Positions 48,801 through 62,300 of a stretch of 64,000 nt of DNA are shown one piece after another. The notes below the pieces were generated by a model, which saw nothing but the letters and a program-made list of their open reading frames with translations, did not search any database and was not told the DNA's origin. The position numbers and the translations under genes were made by a program. How positions within the stretch are numbered: position 1 is the stretch's first letter; each line of letters begins with the position of its first letter. The stretch comes from Euglena gracilis (lineage: Eukaryota), in the NCBI GenBank assembly GCA_039621445.1, contig CP154954.1, positions 22,022,954-22,086,953 on the forward strand. The letters are read 5' to 3'.

Positions 48801-50485
48801 CAACCAGAGTACACTTGGTACCGGAACCGGTCCCGAGGTTACCCTGACCGCTGAACGAGAACACAACACACCGGGTTGTTACCCGTTGTGTGTCGAAGTA
48901 CATCGACATTTGGACAAACGCGGAATCGCGTCCCTGTTCGGAATCACGAGAATCGCGCAGCAGGACCTCCAATGGCAGAAAGCCAATGTCTCCGACCCCG
49001 AATGGCAGAATGCCAACCCCTCTAATGCCCCTGCATACAAGTGGCAGAATGCCAACGACAATCGTCCTCTACACAATACACCTGATACACCTGGTATAAT
49101 GCCTGATGAAGTGTCTTCGGACACAACGTATTACCGATGTGGCTGGGAAAACTGTGTTTCAGCCCTCCATAGGACTGAAACCGCAACAGTTTTCGCGAAC
49201 CGCATCTGGAATGCGTTCAATTTTGGACAATACCGCATTTTGGAAACTTGGTTTTCCAAAAACGCACAAATCGCGAAGTCGATGGACCTACAATTGGAGA
49301 TTGACGCATTCTCGTCCAAAGCACATTCTCGTTTATCCAATTACTGGTCAAGCCATACAAATGCGTTTGATAAGTTTTGGGGTGATGTGGTCCTGTGGCT
49401 ACATCCTCCTCTGAAACTTATCCCCCTTGTTGTTGACAAGATCCTTTGGGATCAAGCACGCGGTGTGCTGCTCATTCCTATAAATCCCGAAGCGGAATCG
49501 TTCCAACAACTGACGTATGTCACTTTTCAGTGGTGGGATTTACCGAATGACACCCCTTTGGTTGAATATTTTTTGCGGTGTCATGTTACCACCATTGAAA
49601 GAAATCATTTTTCGTGTTTGTTTCTTTGATGCATTCGGAACTGTTGACCACACTGACAAATTCCTACGGGATAAAGGTCAGAATGACCTAATATACCAAC
49701 TATCCGCAGTGATAGAAAGCGGTGGGCAACATCCCAAATCACAAGAACTATGTACAAAGATCAATCGCGAATTCAGTGATGTTTTAGAACATCCTCTCTA
49801 TGCCCATGACATAGATCCTGCAATTCGCGGACCTTTCGGTGTCTGTAAAATCGAACTCAAAGAAGGTGCACAGCCCATGCACCGAAAATTCTTTCGCTGG
49901 TCAGGCGAAAGGGAACAAGCTCTCAATACAATGATCGAAAAACTGATTGAACGAAAATGGATCATACCCTCCAAAAGCGAGTGGACCTCACAACCTTTTG
50001 TTGTACCCAAGCCTCCCGATGCTTCTGGAGAGAAGAAGTGGAGACTTCTGCTGGATTACCGTTACTTGAACTCACAGACAAAAGACGATCCATTTCCGTT
50101 ACCACTTATCGAGGACCTGATTACAAAACAAGCGGAAAACCGCCTTTGGTCGGTTTTCGACTTAGAGGATGGTTTTCACCAGATGCACTTACACCCTGAC
50201 TCACAGCCATACACCGCAATTTTAACCTCCCGCGGAGTTTACCAACGGACGGTGTTACCAATGGGTTTTAAGAATGGCCCAGCCATGTTCCAAAGAATGA
50301 TACGATGTATTTTACGAGACTTACCGTTTGCAATGGTATACATTGATGACGTGCTGATTGGCACACCTCCTCCACTTACAAATTCGGGTAGAGATATCCT
50401 TGATATTCACTACTGCGATATACGTTCCGTACTGACAACGTTTCACAAGCATTTGCTTCTCGACAAAGGTGCGAAAATGCATTTG
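42877..50485 (+). pseudogene. gag (42877-47689, the most complete copy) and truncated pol (47690-50485), copy 4
   Basis: Long ORFs 43201-46260 and 45971-47689; protease Asp mutated (VHTG); same RT breakpoint. Confidence 0.9.
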
Positions 50486-50916
50486 TGTGTACCAGGCAGC
50501 CATTCTGCCATGGCACTGTGTACCAGATACAATGGGATACGGCCTACAATCTGGCAACGGCCGGGCTGTACACAGTGGCATGGTTAAACCATAAGACAAA
50601 GAGAGAATCTCAGAGCTAGCGAAAGCTTAGCGAAAGTAACTGGTTCCTAATTCAACGTTATTGGGTTTGGTGCTTTGCAATTCTGTTTTAGAATTCTGAG
50701 GGCGAAGTCCCATTTGAATACAAGTTTTATTTCTTTCTTTTACAAAGCTCGAAAGAGCAAAAGTCACTTCATATAAGGGACTGCGGTCCAACAAATTCTT
50801 CTGCTTGTGTGCTTTGCATTCAAAAGGGGAAAAGGGAAGCAAATTTTATTGTTACTCCCCCCACGGGCTTTTCGGGAGGAAAGCATAATTAGAAAAGCCG
50901 GGGTGGGACGTACACT
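50486..50916 (+). mobile_element. Gypsy LTR shared by units 4 and 5
   Basis: Same LTR sequence; PBS follows. Confidence 0.93.
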
Positions 50917-51137
50917 TGGTAGCAGAATAGGTTTAACGGTCGAACGACCAAAGAAAAACTCAGAAAAAGGTGCGTACGCACAGGCGAGGTGTCTCAGTGG
51001 CACAAGTGGCTACGGCTGCATCACAAAGCCTCTGAGCCCCCGCCGTTGCTTACTTTTTTGGGTCTTTTCACACAAATTTTTACAATTTTTACAATTTTTA
51101 CGATTTTCACAAAAATGTTCCCAATTGTTCAGCAGAA

Positions 51138-54100
51138 ATGCAAAGCGCACATGCGCACACTGGAAACGCACCTATTAACTATGCTTTGTTAATAGGTTCG
51201 CTTCGTGGACTGCATAATGCAGACGAAGTCGCTACGGCGACAGGAAAAGTTTCCTTACAAGGGGCGGATGCCCAAGTCGCTTTAGCGACAGAAAATTTTT
51301 ATCCACAAGGGGCGGATGCCCAAGCCGCTTCTGCGGTGGAAAAATTTTCCATACAAGGGGCGGACACCCAAGCCGCTTCGGCGGAACCCGCCCCCCCACA
51401 ACTGGGTTTTCGAACCCAAACCGCATTAGCGGTGCCCCCCCCTACAAAAAGCCGCTTCGGCGGTGTCCCCCCCCCTCCAAGGGTCTTCGGACCCAAGCCG
51501 CTTCGGCGGTGCCCCCCCCCCTCCAAGGGTCTTCGGACCCAAGCCGCTTCGGCGGTGCCCCCCCCCCCTCCACGGGTCTACGGACCCAACCCGCATTCGC
51601 GGACCCACCGTTAAAACAGCCGCATTTGCGGTACAACATAACCCTACAATGGGTCTACGGACCCCCTCCGCTTCTGCGGAGTCTGACTCACAAGTGGGCG
51701 GAATGCCCGAACGGGACTGGCAATTAGTGCCTTGTGGCACCCAATTGCCAACAGAGCCCCCCCCTTACGAGGACGGGTTGGAAACACCTTGTTTTTTCCA
51801 ACCCCCCCCCAGCCCTACCACCCACCCCCCCCTCCACAATTGGGAGAAATCCCAGAACTACCTTGGTCCGCTGAAATGCGGTTGGTGGTCCCGGACACTG
51901 CCGGTGTCATTGTTCCTATGGACAATGACCCCGAGGAAGACCGGGATTCGTTCTCCAGTAATACCGTTGAGCGCGTAGTCGCAATATCACCGGAGAACCA
52001 CCCACTACAACAGCAATTTCGACACATCGAAGCATGTGTCCAAAATTGCGCTAAAACACTGAACCAAGTCCTACAATTTGATGAAGACAGTCACAATGCC
52101 GTTTTCGGCAAGCTGGACTTCCTTTGGCAATATATCCAAGAATTTGGACAATTTTGCCAAAAGAATTTCAACTCCACTACAATGGACCTCCAGAACCTCC
52201 ACCAAGGTTTTGACGCATTTTTGCGCGACACCTTGGTGCACAACTTCCAACGGGCACAAGAGACCTTCCAAACCGCGGAATCGCGGAATAACGCAAAATT
52301 TTCACATTTACAACAAAATCTACAACAATTGTTCACACAACTGGAAAAATTTTCTTATACAATGCAAGAAATGTAGTCCCGCCTACAACAACGGAATAAA
52401 GCGCCTACGGGTGCGGAACTTGGCTCATATGTCTCATATGAGCACTTCTCAACTTTGTCCAATGTTGTACAACAGTCCCAAGAACGCATTTTGCGTTTGT
52501 GTGATGAAAACGCGAGTTTTCATCAAAATTTTGCACAAATACGCGAAAACTATGTACAAAGAGCTTTTGCTCATCAACTGGAAGAGCGGATTGCTCGTTT
52601 GGAAAAAACTTCCTGCAAATGCGGTGAAGTTTCCCACAATTTGACCACACTGCACACTCAAGTGGCGGAAATCGCGCATCGACAAGATTTCCTCCATGAA
52701 AAGTGGCAAAACGACATACAAAAACTTGAAACTGCTTCCAACGCCTTACAAACCGCTACGGCGGAACTCCAATCCCGCGATGCGGTGATTCTTAGCTTAC
52801 AAACCGCGAATGCGGAACTCCAAGACCGGAAACGGTCATAACTACTATCCAAACCGCGAATGCGGCCCTCCAAATTGCGTTTGCAGACCTGAAAACCGCT
52901 TTTGCGGAAGTTTCGGGACTACAAACTGCAATTGGGGACTTACAACGCCGCTTTGCGGAAACTTCCACAAAAAATCCCAGTATGGGAGCATTACGATCCA
53001 CTGTAACCGTTTTGCACAATCAGTTACAAGCGGATGTGAACAAAATCGAATCCGTGTTTGCGGATTTGCACAAACGGTGCAACGGTATTCAAAACTCAAT
53101 TCCGGATATCACCGGCATTGAAACCGCACTTGCGGATTTGAATACCCAACACAAAACCTTACAATCCACCACTTCCCATTTACAAAAACGCGTACAAACA
53201 TTTTCTACAAGGGTCTCCGGACTCCAAGCATCCTCGCCTGGACGAACGGTTCGCGAAGTCGAACTACCCCTTGATTTTCGCACACTTTACGACCAAATGC
53301 TTGCGAAAAATAAGGAAAACTTACAAGAATTTTGTGAAACCTTGATGAGGACCAAAAATTCGGTCACCGAACAAGTTCTCACACTAAAACAACAAATTTC
53401 GGTGTTGGAGAACCGACTTTCTACAATGATGGATGACAAAACCGCTGAAAATGCAGTAGGGGTACCCCAACCCACGTTGGGTACCACAACCCCACAAACC
53501 GAGAATCGGTTGAACGCCCTTACAACCGCAATGGAAACTTTGGTTAAGCGGGTCCAATTCTTGGACACCACTTTCCCAAAGCTTTCAGTGGATTTTGACT
53601 CCATTGTTGACAAACTACCACTTTTGGATGAGTTACCCTCACACCGCAAACGTATTAAGCGTTTGCAGGGTGATGTTGAACGAATTTCGGACCTTTTCCA
53701 AGTGGTTGGTTCATTGTAACAAAGTATCCAAGATTTTGCATTGAGTTTGGATGAGATTCCTGCAAAATCCCGCAACCCCCCGCACTTTGCCCCTGAAAAC
53801 CGTGTTTTCGGTGGTCAAAATGCAACTTCCAGCTCACAACGCGCTTTTCGCGCATCAACCGAAGCATCTTCGGATGCCCGACATCCAACTCGCGACTTTG
53901 TGCATCAAATTCGCGATTCGTTGGATGCCAATCCTTCCAAAAGCGCAGCATGCGCACCCTTACAAGCATCTTCCGATGCGCATGCCCTACAAGCATCCAC
54001 GGATGCACATGATCATGAACATGCCTACAATCGCGATTACAATCGCCCGTTTATACCACAACTTAAGATTCCCCCCCCTAAGGGTGAATCTTCGGATGAT

Positions 54101-57100
54101 GAACCGGTTTTTACCACAAAAACCGCGAATCATCCGGTTTTTCAACAAGAATTTCGCGAATCGGGACTGATTCGCGGTATGAGCCATACCCCTACCCCGG
54201 GTATTGGCCATGGATCGCGAATGCGAAACACGGAATTTACCGCGGTTCCCCGATTTGCGGGTGAACAACGGGATTCCTACCCCCCTGGTAGGTTGCCACA
54301 CCCCGAATCGCGGAATCGCGACCCTTTACAATCCGAATCGCGGTATCGCGAACCACAACCATACAATTCGCGGAATTGCGATGTACCAAATACCCATGGT
54401 ACCTACGGTACCATGAGTATCATTATGGATGCGCATTCGTGCATGCCACAACAACAACCTTACCCCAACAATTACGATGGAAATCGCGGTCTACAACCCG
54501 ATTTCAAAGGTACAATCACAATTGCCAACAAGGTTAAGCCACAATGGGACGGAGATCCCACAACTTGGAAACAATTTTGGCGCGACTGGACATACTACTG
54601 GGACTTGAAGGGTCCAACCCAAGACGGGAACCCTGAGGTAATCAAGATAGAATTCATTGATTGTCTCCCCAAGGAAGAAAAAGATCGTGCCCGACAACTT
54701 GTGATCCGGAATCGGATTACTTTTGATGAACTGGTTGACCAATATGCGTCAACTTGTTCAAGCCTAATTTCGCGAATTACGCTGGAGAAAAAATGGTGGC
54801 AATTCGCGCCCAGTGACCGAAAATGGAAGTCAATCGACCTTTGGTATTCCAAATGGTTGGGATTGGCTTCTGAGGTTGATGAACTGGGAGAGAACCAAAT
54901 GAAAGAACAATTCGATGCGGTTCTCCTCCATTTCATTCCTACAATTATCAAAGACATTCACCGTGAGGAACTCTCCGACAACAAACTTACACTTGGACAA
55001 CGATGGAACTACAAACTCCCCAAAGGGAGATACAAAAACGCGCTATCCGCGCTCATTTGACCAATCTTCTGACAAAACTTGCTTTTTGTGCAACAAATCG
55101 GGACATACGTCCCGTGACTGCCCCCACCCTGATACGGAAAGCGGTATCAGAGTACACGGGGTTCACAATCCTCGCGGAGCTCGCGCTGCTCCAGATATTC
55201 GCACAAAACTGGACAATCACAATCGTCAGGTTATCGACAAAGGTCTTGATCACCGTTCCGCGACCGCGGACGCGATCGCGCACCTCCGGGTCGATCACCC
55301 CGACCCCCTTACAAACGTGATACAAATCGCGACTCATCGCGATCACGTTCGCGAAGTGGATCATCTTCTTCGCGATCGTCATCCGGGAAACCGGATTACA
55401 ACAAGAACCGTGGTCGAACGGGATTCCGTTCACCAAGGCCTGCAAGGGGTAAAAGCCCATCACAAAACCGACAACAGTCACAAAACCGACAAAAGTGTTC
55501 CCTTTGTGGATCACATAACCACCATTCGTCCAAATGTTACCGTTCTCGCTCTCCCCGCCCGAACCAACGTCACCACAATGATACAAAACACAACAACAAA
55601 CACAAGGTCGAGTTCAAAATCTCCTCTTTAGAGGAGGGAACCCCGGCTTCGGACAGGGAGGGGGATGAGAACTCCGAATCCTCGTTGTATGTTTACCGTA
55701 TCCCCGTGGGGATTTTGGAGAAGAAGTCTTTTGTAGGGCACTTACCGTACCGCTAGGGAGACCAGCGGTAGGGTGGTGGGTGTAAGCCGATTGTATCTGT
55801 CCCAAAAGTTGTGAGAGTTTCATTTGTTTGGAAACATTGGAGGACGACCGCAATGCGGTCCACGCGTTGCGCGCTATCTACTCACACAAGAAAACGATAA
55901 ACAGCCGAAGTGCTGAATCGGACTTGGAGTAGGGGAGCCCGAGGTCTCTGGGCACGGACCTCTGGGCTGATGAACAGACGGAAGTAGGACCTGATCAACC
56001 TTACTTTCCCTGCCCATCTGCCTCTTTTGGTCGGTACCCGGAAAATGTTCGGGTACCCACCCCCCACTCCAAATTTCTGCCTGGAATGCTGAGCAAAGTA
56101 GGAACGGGATCCTGGAATAGTTGGAGAGACAACAATTTCACACCGGATCCTGCACTTTGCGTACCCCCCATGGAACTTTTGGTCCAAGCGGAAATCCGAA
56201 CACAAACTGTTTCTACCAAATGCAAATTTTTGATCGACACAGGGTGTCGAATTCCCCTTCTCTTTCGAACGGGATTAATTCCCAACTCCCTCTTGGTGAA
56301 AGCCAAGTACCCCATCAAAATTATGACTGCGGACAACAGCCCCATGTGTGGTGGTGACTTGGGATGCTTTTTGGACATACTCCTCCCCATCATCCCCAAG
56401 CACCACTCACAGCCCCCACACATACAAAATTTTCTGGGTACCTGGAGTTACGAATCGGGTATTCGCGGCTCTGACGTAACTTTGGGTTTTCCGTTCTTGC
56501 GTCAGAACCGCCTTATTGTGGATTGCCCCTCCCTCGGTTTGCGCACTACTTCACGCACACAACCCACACCACCGAATTTCTCCCCCAAGACATCTTCCCA
56601 GATGTCCCCCCGCCTTGGCACAACGTTTTCTACAACCGAAAACACCGTTTACTACCCTAGGGGTAAAGAGAAAGCTGCCCCCCTGCCCACTACACTTTTA
56701 CTGCACGTTTCCCATGCGGTAGGGAAAGCGAGTAGCCTAACCCCCCACGTTTCACTTGGTTTCAAGGCGAAAGCCCAAATGCCTGAAGAAAATTCGGTGT
56801 GGAGTAGCCGCCCAGCTGCACAACTTTTACGTTTTCCGCCAGGTGTGTCGATTTCGGACACCCCTGTACACCCCCCAGCAGCTACAACTTTCAACACCCC
56901 CATACACACACTACACATGACTGACATGCACTACCAGACCGACACCTCCTACCAATGCGCACATTGCCGGAGAATTTCCACACAACCTGATTTCGACTGT
57001 GGATGTATTGTTGAACCTTCCAAACTAATCGCTTTACACAACAACCAGAGTACACTTGGTACCGGAACCGGTACCGAGTTTACCCTGACCGCTGAACGAG

Positions 57101-58726
57101 AACACAACACACCGGGTTGTTACCCGTTGTGTGTCGAAGTACATCGACAATTGGACAAACGCGGAATAGCGTCCCTGTTCGGAATCACGAGAATCGCGCA
57201 GCAGGACCTCCAATGGCAGAAAGCCAATCTCTCTGACCCCGAATGGCAGAATGCCAACCCCTCTAATGCCCCTGCATACAAGTGGCAGAATGCCAACGAC
57301 AATCGTCCTCTACACAATACACCTGATACACCTGGTATAATGCCTGATGAAGTGTCTTCGGACACAACGTATTACCGATGTGGCTCGGTAAACTGTGTTT
57401 CAGCCCTCCATAGGACTGAAACCGCAACAGTTTTCGCGAACCGCATCTGGAGTGCGTTCAATTTTGGACAATACCGCATTTTGGAAACTTGGTTTTCCAA
57501 AAACGCACAAATCGCGAAGTCGATGGACCTACAATTGGAGATTGACGCATTCTCGTCCAAAGCACGTTCTCGTTTATCCAATTACTGGTCAAGCCATACA
57601 AATACGTTTGATAAGTTTTGGGGTGATGTGGTCCTGTGGCTACATCCTCCTCTGAAACTTATCCCTCTTGTTGTTGACAAGATCCTTCGGGATCAAGCAC
57701 GCGGTGTGCTGCTCATTCCTATAAATCCCGAAGCGGAATGGTTCCAACAACTGACGTATGTCACTTTTCAGTGGTGGGATTTACCGAATGACACCCCTTT
57801 GGTTGAATATTTTTTGCGGTGTCATGTTACCACCATTGAAAGCAATCATTTTTTATGTTTGTTTCTTTGATGCATTCGGAACTGTTGACCACACTGACAA
57901 ATTCCTACGGGATAAAGGTCAGAATGACCAAATATACCAACTATCCGCAGTGATAGAAACCGGTGGTCAACATCCAAAATCACAAGAACTATGTACAAAG
58001 ATCAATCGCCCATTCAGTGATGTTTTAGAACATCCTATCTATGCCCATGACGTAGATCCTGCAATTCGCGGACCTTTTGGTGTCTGTAAAATCGAACTCA
58101 AAGAAGGTGCACAGCCCATGCACCGAAAATTCTTTCGCTGTTCAGGCGAAAGAGAACAAGCTCTCAATACAATGATCGAAAAACTGATTGAACGAAAATG
58201 GATCATACCCTCCAAAAGCGAGTGGACCTCACAAGCTTTTGTTGTACCCAAGCCTCCCGATGCTTCTGGAGAGAAGAAGTGGAGACTTGTGCTGGATTAT
58301 CGTTACTTGAACTCAGAGACAAAAGACGATCCATTTCCGTTACCACTTATCGAGGACGTGATTACAAAACAAGCGGAAAACCGCCTTTGGTCGATTTTCG
58401 ACTTAGAGGATGGTTTTCACCAGATGCACTTACACCCTGACTCACAACCATACACCGCATTGGTAACCTCCCGCGGAGTTTACCAATGGACGGTGTGACC
58501 AATGGGTGTTAAGAATGGCCCAGCCATGTTCCAAAGAATGATACAATGGATTTTACGAGACTTACCGATTGCAATGGTATACATTGATGACGTGCTGATT
58601 GGCACACCTCCTCCACTTACAAATTCGGGTAGAGATATCCTTGATATTCACTACCGCGATATACGTTCCGTACTGACAACGTTTCACAAGCATTTGCTTT
58701 TTGTCAAAGGTGCGAAAATGCATTTG
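51138..58726 (+). pseudogene. gag (51138-55932) and truncated pol (55933-58726), copy 5
   Basis: ORF 56086-57870 carries the protease and MTase-like domain in one frame; stops; inverted insertion at 55688-55836. Confidence 0.9.
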
Positions 58727-59158
58727 TGTGTACCAGGCAGCCATTCTGCCATTGCACTGTGTACCAGATACAATGGGATACGGCCTACAATCTGGCAACG
58801 GCCGGGCTGTACACTGTGGTTTGGTTAAACCATAAGACAAAAAGAGAATCTCAGAGCTAGCGAAAGCTTAGCGAAAGTAACTGGTTCCTAATTCAAGGTT
58901 ATTGGGTTTGGTGCTTTGCAATTCTGTTTTAGGATTCTGAGGGCGAAGTCCCATTTGAATACAAGTTTTATTTCTTTCTTTTACAAAGCTCGAAAGAGCA
59001 AAAGTCACTTTCATATAAGGAACTGCGGACCCACCAATTCTTCTGCTTGTGTGCTTTGCATTCAAAAGGAGAAAAGGGAAGCAAATTTTATTGTTACTCC
59101 CCCCACAGGCTTTTCGGGAGGAAAGCATAATTAGAAAAGCCGGGGTGGGACGTACACT
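58727..59158 (+). mobile_element. Gypsy LTR shared by units 5 and 6
   Basis: Same LTR sequence; PBS follows. Confidence 0.93.
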
Positions 59159-59379
59159 TGGTAGCAGAATAGGTTTAACGGTCGAACGACCAAAGAAAAA
59201 CTCAGAAAAAGGTGCGTACGCACGGGCGAGGTGTCTCAGTGGCACAAGTGGCTACGGCTGCATCACAAAGCCTCTGAGCCCCCGCCGTTGCTTACTTTTT
59301 TGGGTCTTTTCACACAAATTTTTACAATTTTTATAATATTTACGATTTTCACTAAAATGTTCCCAATTTTTCAGCAGAA

Positions 59380-62300
59380 ATGCAAAGCGCACATGCGCAC
59401 ACTGGAAACGCACCTCTTTACAATGCTTTGTTAATAGGTTCGCTTCGTGGACTGCAGAATGCAGACGAAGTCGCTACGGCGACAGGAAAATTTTCCTTAC
59501 AAGGGGCGGATGCCCAAGTCGCTTTAGCGACAGAAAATTTTTATCCACAAGGGGCGGATGCCCAAGCCGCTTCTGCGGTGGAAACATTTTCCATACAAGG
59601 GGCGGACGCCCAAGCCGCTTCGGCGGTACCCCCCCCACCACAACTGGGTTTTCGAACCCAAACCGCATTAGCGGTTCCCCCCGCTACATCAAGCCGCTTC
59701 GGCGGTGCCCCCCCCTCCAAGGGTCTTCGTACCCAAGCCGCTTCGGCGGTGCCCCCCCCCCCTCCAAGGGTCTTCAGACCCAAGCCGCTTCGGCGGTGCC
59801 CCCCCCCCCTTCCAAGGGTCTTCGGACCCAAGCCGCTTCGGCGGTGCCCCCGCCTCCAAGGGTCTTCGGACCCAAGCCGCTTCGGCGGTGCCCCCCCCCT
59901 CCACGGGTCTACGGAAACAACCCGCATTCGCGGACCCACCGTTAAAACAGCCGCATTTGCGGTACAACATAACCCTACAATGGGTCTACGGACCCCCTCC
60001 GCTTCTGCGGAGTCTGACTCACAAGTGGGCAGAATGCCCGAACGGGACTGGCAATTAGTGCCTTTTGGCACCCAATTGCCAACAGAGCCCCCCCCTTACG
60101 AGGACGGCTTGGAAACACCTTGTTTTTTCCAACCTCCCCCAGCCCTACCACCGGTAAGCCCCATTCGGGACTTGCCCCCCCCTCCACAATTGGGAGAAAT
60201 CCCAGAACTACCTTGGTCCGCTGAATTGCGGTTGGTGGACACTGCCGGTGTCATTGTTCCTATGGACAATGACCCCGAGGAAGACCGGGATTCGTTCTCC
60301 AGGAATACCGTTGAGCGCGTAGTCGCAAATTCACCGGAGAACCACCCACTACAACAGCAATTTCGACACATCGAAGCATGTGTCCAAAATTGCGATAAAA
60401 CCCTGAACGAAGTCCTACAATTTGATGAAGACAGTCCCCAGGCCGTTTTCGGCAAGCTGGACTTCCTTTGGCAATATATCCAAGAATTTGGACAATTTTG
60501 CCAAAAGAATTTCAACTCCACTACAGTGGACCTCCAGAACCTCCACCAAGGTTTTGACGCATTTTTGCGCGACACCTTGGTGCACAACTTCCAACAGGTA
60601 CAAGAGACCTTCCAAACCGCGGAATCGCGGAACAACGCAAAATTTTCACATTTACAACAAAATCTACAACAATTGTTCACACAACTGGAAAACTTTTCTT
60701 ATACAATGCAAGAAATGCAGTCCCGCCTACAACAACGGAATAAAGCGCCTACGGGTGCGGAACTTGGCTCATATGTCTCATATGAGCACTTCTCAACTTT
60801 GTCCAATGTTGTACAACAGTCCCAAGAGCGCATTTTGCGTTTGGGTGATGAAAACGCGAGTTTTCATCAAAATTTTGCACAAATACGCGAAAACTATGTA
60901 CAAAGAGCTTTTGCTCAACAACTGGAAGAGCGGATTGCTCGTTTGGAACAAACTTCCTGCAAATGCGGTGAAGTTTCCCACAATTTGACCACATTGCACA
61001 CTCAAGTGGCGGAAATCGCGCAGCGGCAAGATTTCCTCCATGAAAAGTGGCAAAACGACATACAAAAACTTGAAACTGCTTCCAACGCTACGGCGGAACT
61101 CCAGTCCCGCGATGCGGTGATTCTTAGCTTACAAACCGCGAATGCGGAACTCCAAGACCGAGAAACGGTCATAACTACTATCCAAACCGCGAATGCGTAC
61201 CTCCAAATTGCGTTTGCAGACCTGAAAACCGCTTTTACGGATGTTTCGGGACTACAAACTGCAATAGGGGACTTATAACGCCGCTTTGCGGAAACTTCCA
61301 CAAAAAATCCCAGTATGGGAGCATTACGATCCACTGTAACCGATTTGCACAATCAGTTACAAGCGGATGTGAACAGAATCGAATTCGCGTTTGCGGATTT
61401 GCACAAACGGTGCAACGGTAATCAAAACTCAATTCCGGATATCACCTGCATTGAAACCGCACTTGCGGATTTGAATACCCAACACAAAACCTTACAATCC
61501 ACCACTTCCCATTTACAAAAACGCGTACAAACACTTTCTACAAGGGTCTCCGGACTCCAACCGTCCTCGGATGGACAAACGGTTCGCGAAGGCGAACTAC
61601 CCCTTGATTTTCGCACACTTTACGACCAAATGCTTGCGAAAAATAAGGAAAACTTACAAGAATTTTGTGAAACCTTGATGAGGACCAAAAATTCGGTCAC
61701 CGAACAAGTTCTCACACTAAAACAACAAATTTCGGTGTTGGAGAACCGACTTTCTACAATGATGGATGACAAAACCGCTGAAAATGCAGTAGGGGTACCC
61801 CAACCCACGTTGGGTACCACAACCCCACAAACCGAGAATCGGTTGAACGCCCTTACAACCGCAATGTAAACTTTGGTTAAGCGGGTCCAATTCTTGGACA
61901 CCACTTTCCCAAAGCTTTCAGTGGATTTTGACTCCATTGTTGACAAACTACCACTTTTGGATGAGTTACCCTCACACCGCAAACGTATTAAGCGTTTGCA
62001 GGGTGATGTTGAACGAATTTCGGACCTTTTCCAAGTGGTTGGTTCATTGTAACAAAGTATCCAAGATTTTGCATTGAGTTTGGATGAGATTCCTGCAAAA
62101 TCCCGCAACCCCCCGCACTTTGCCCCTGAAAACCGTGTTTTCGGTAGTCAAAATGCAACTTCCAGCTCACAACGCGCTTTTCGCACATCAACCGAAGCAT
62201 CTTCGGATGCCCGACATCCAACTCGCGACTTTGTGCATCAAATTCGTGATTCGTTGGATGCCAATCCTTCCAAAAGCGCAATATGTGCACCCTTACAAGC

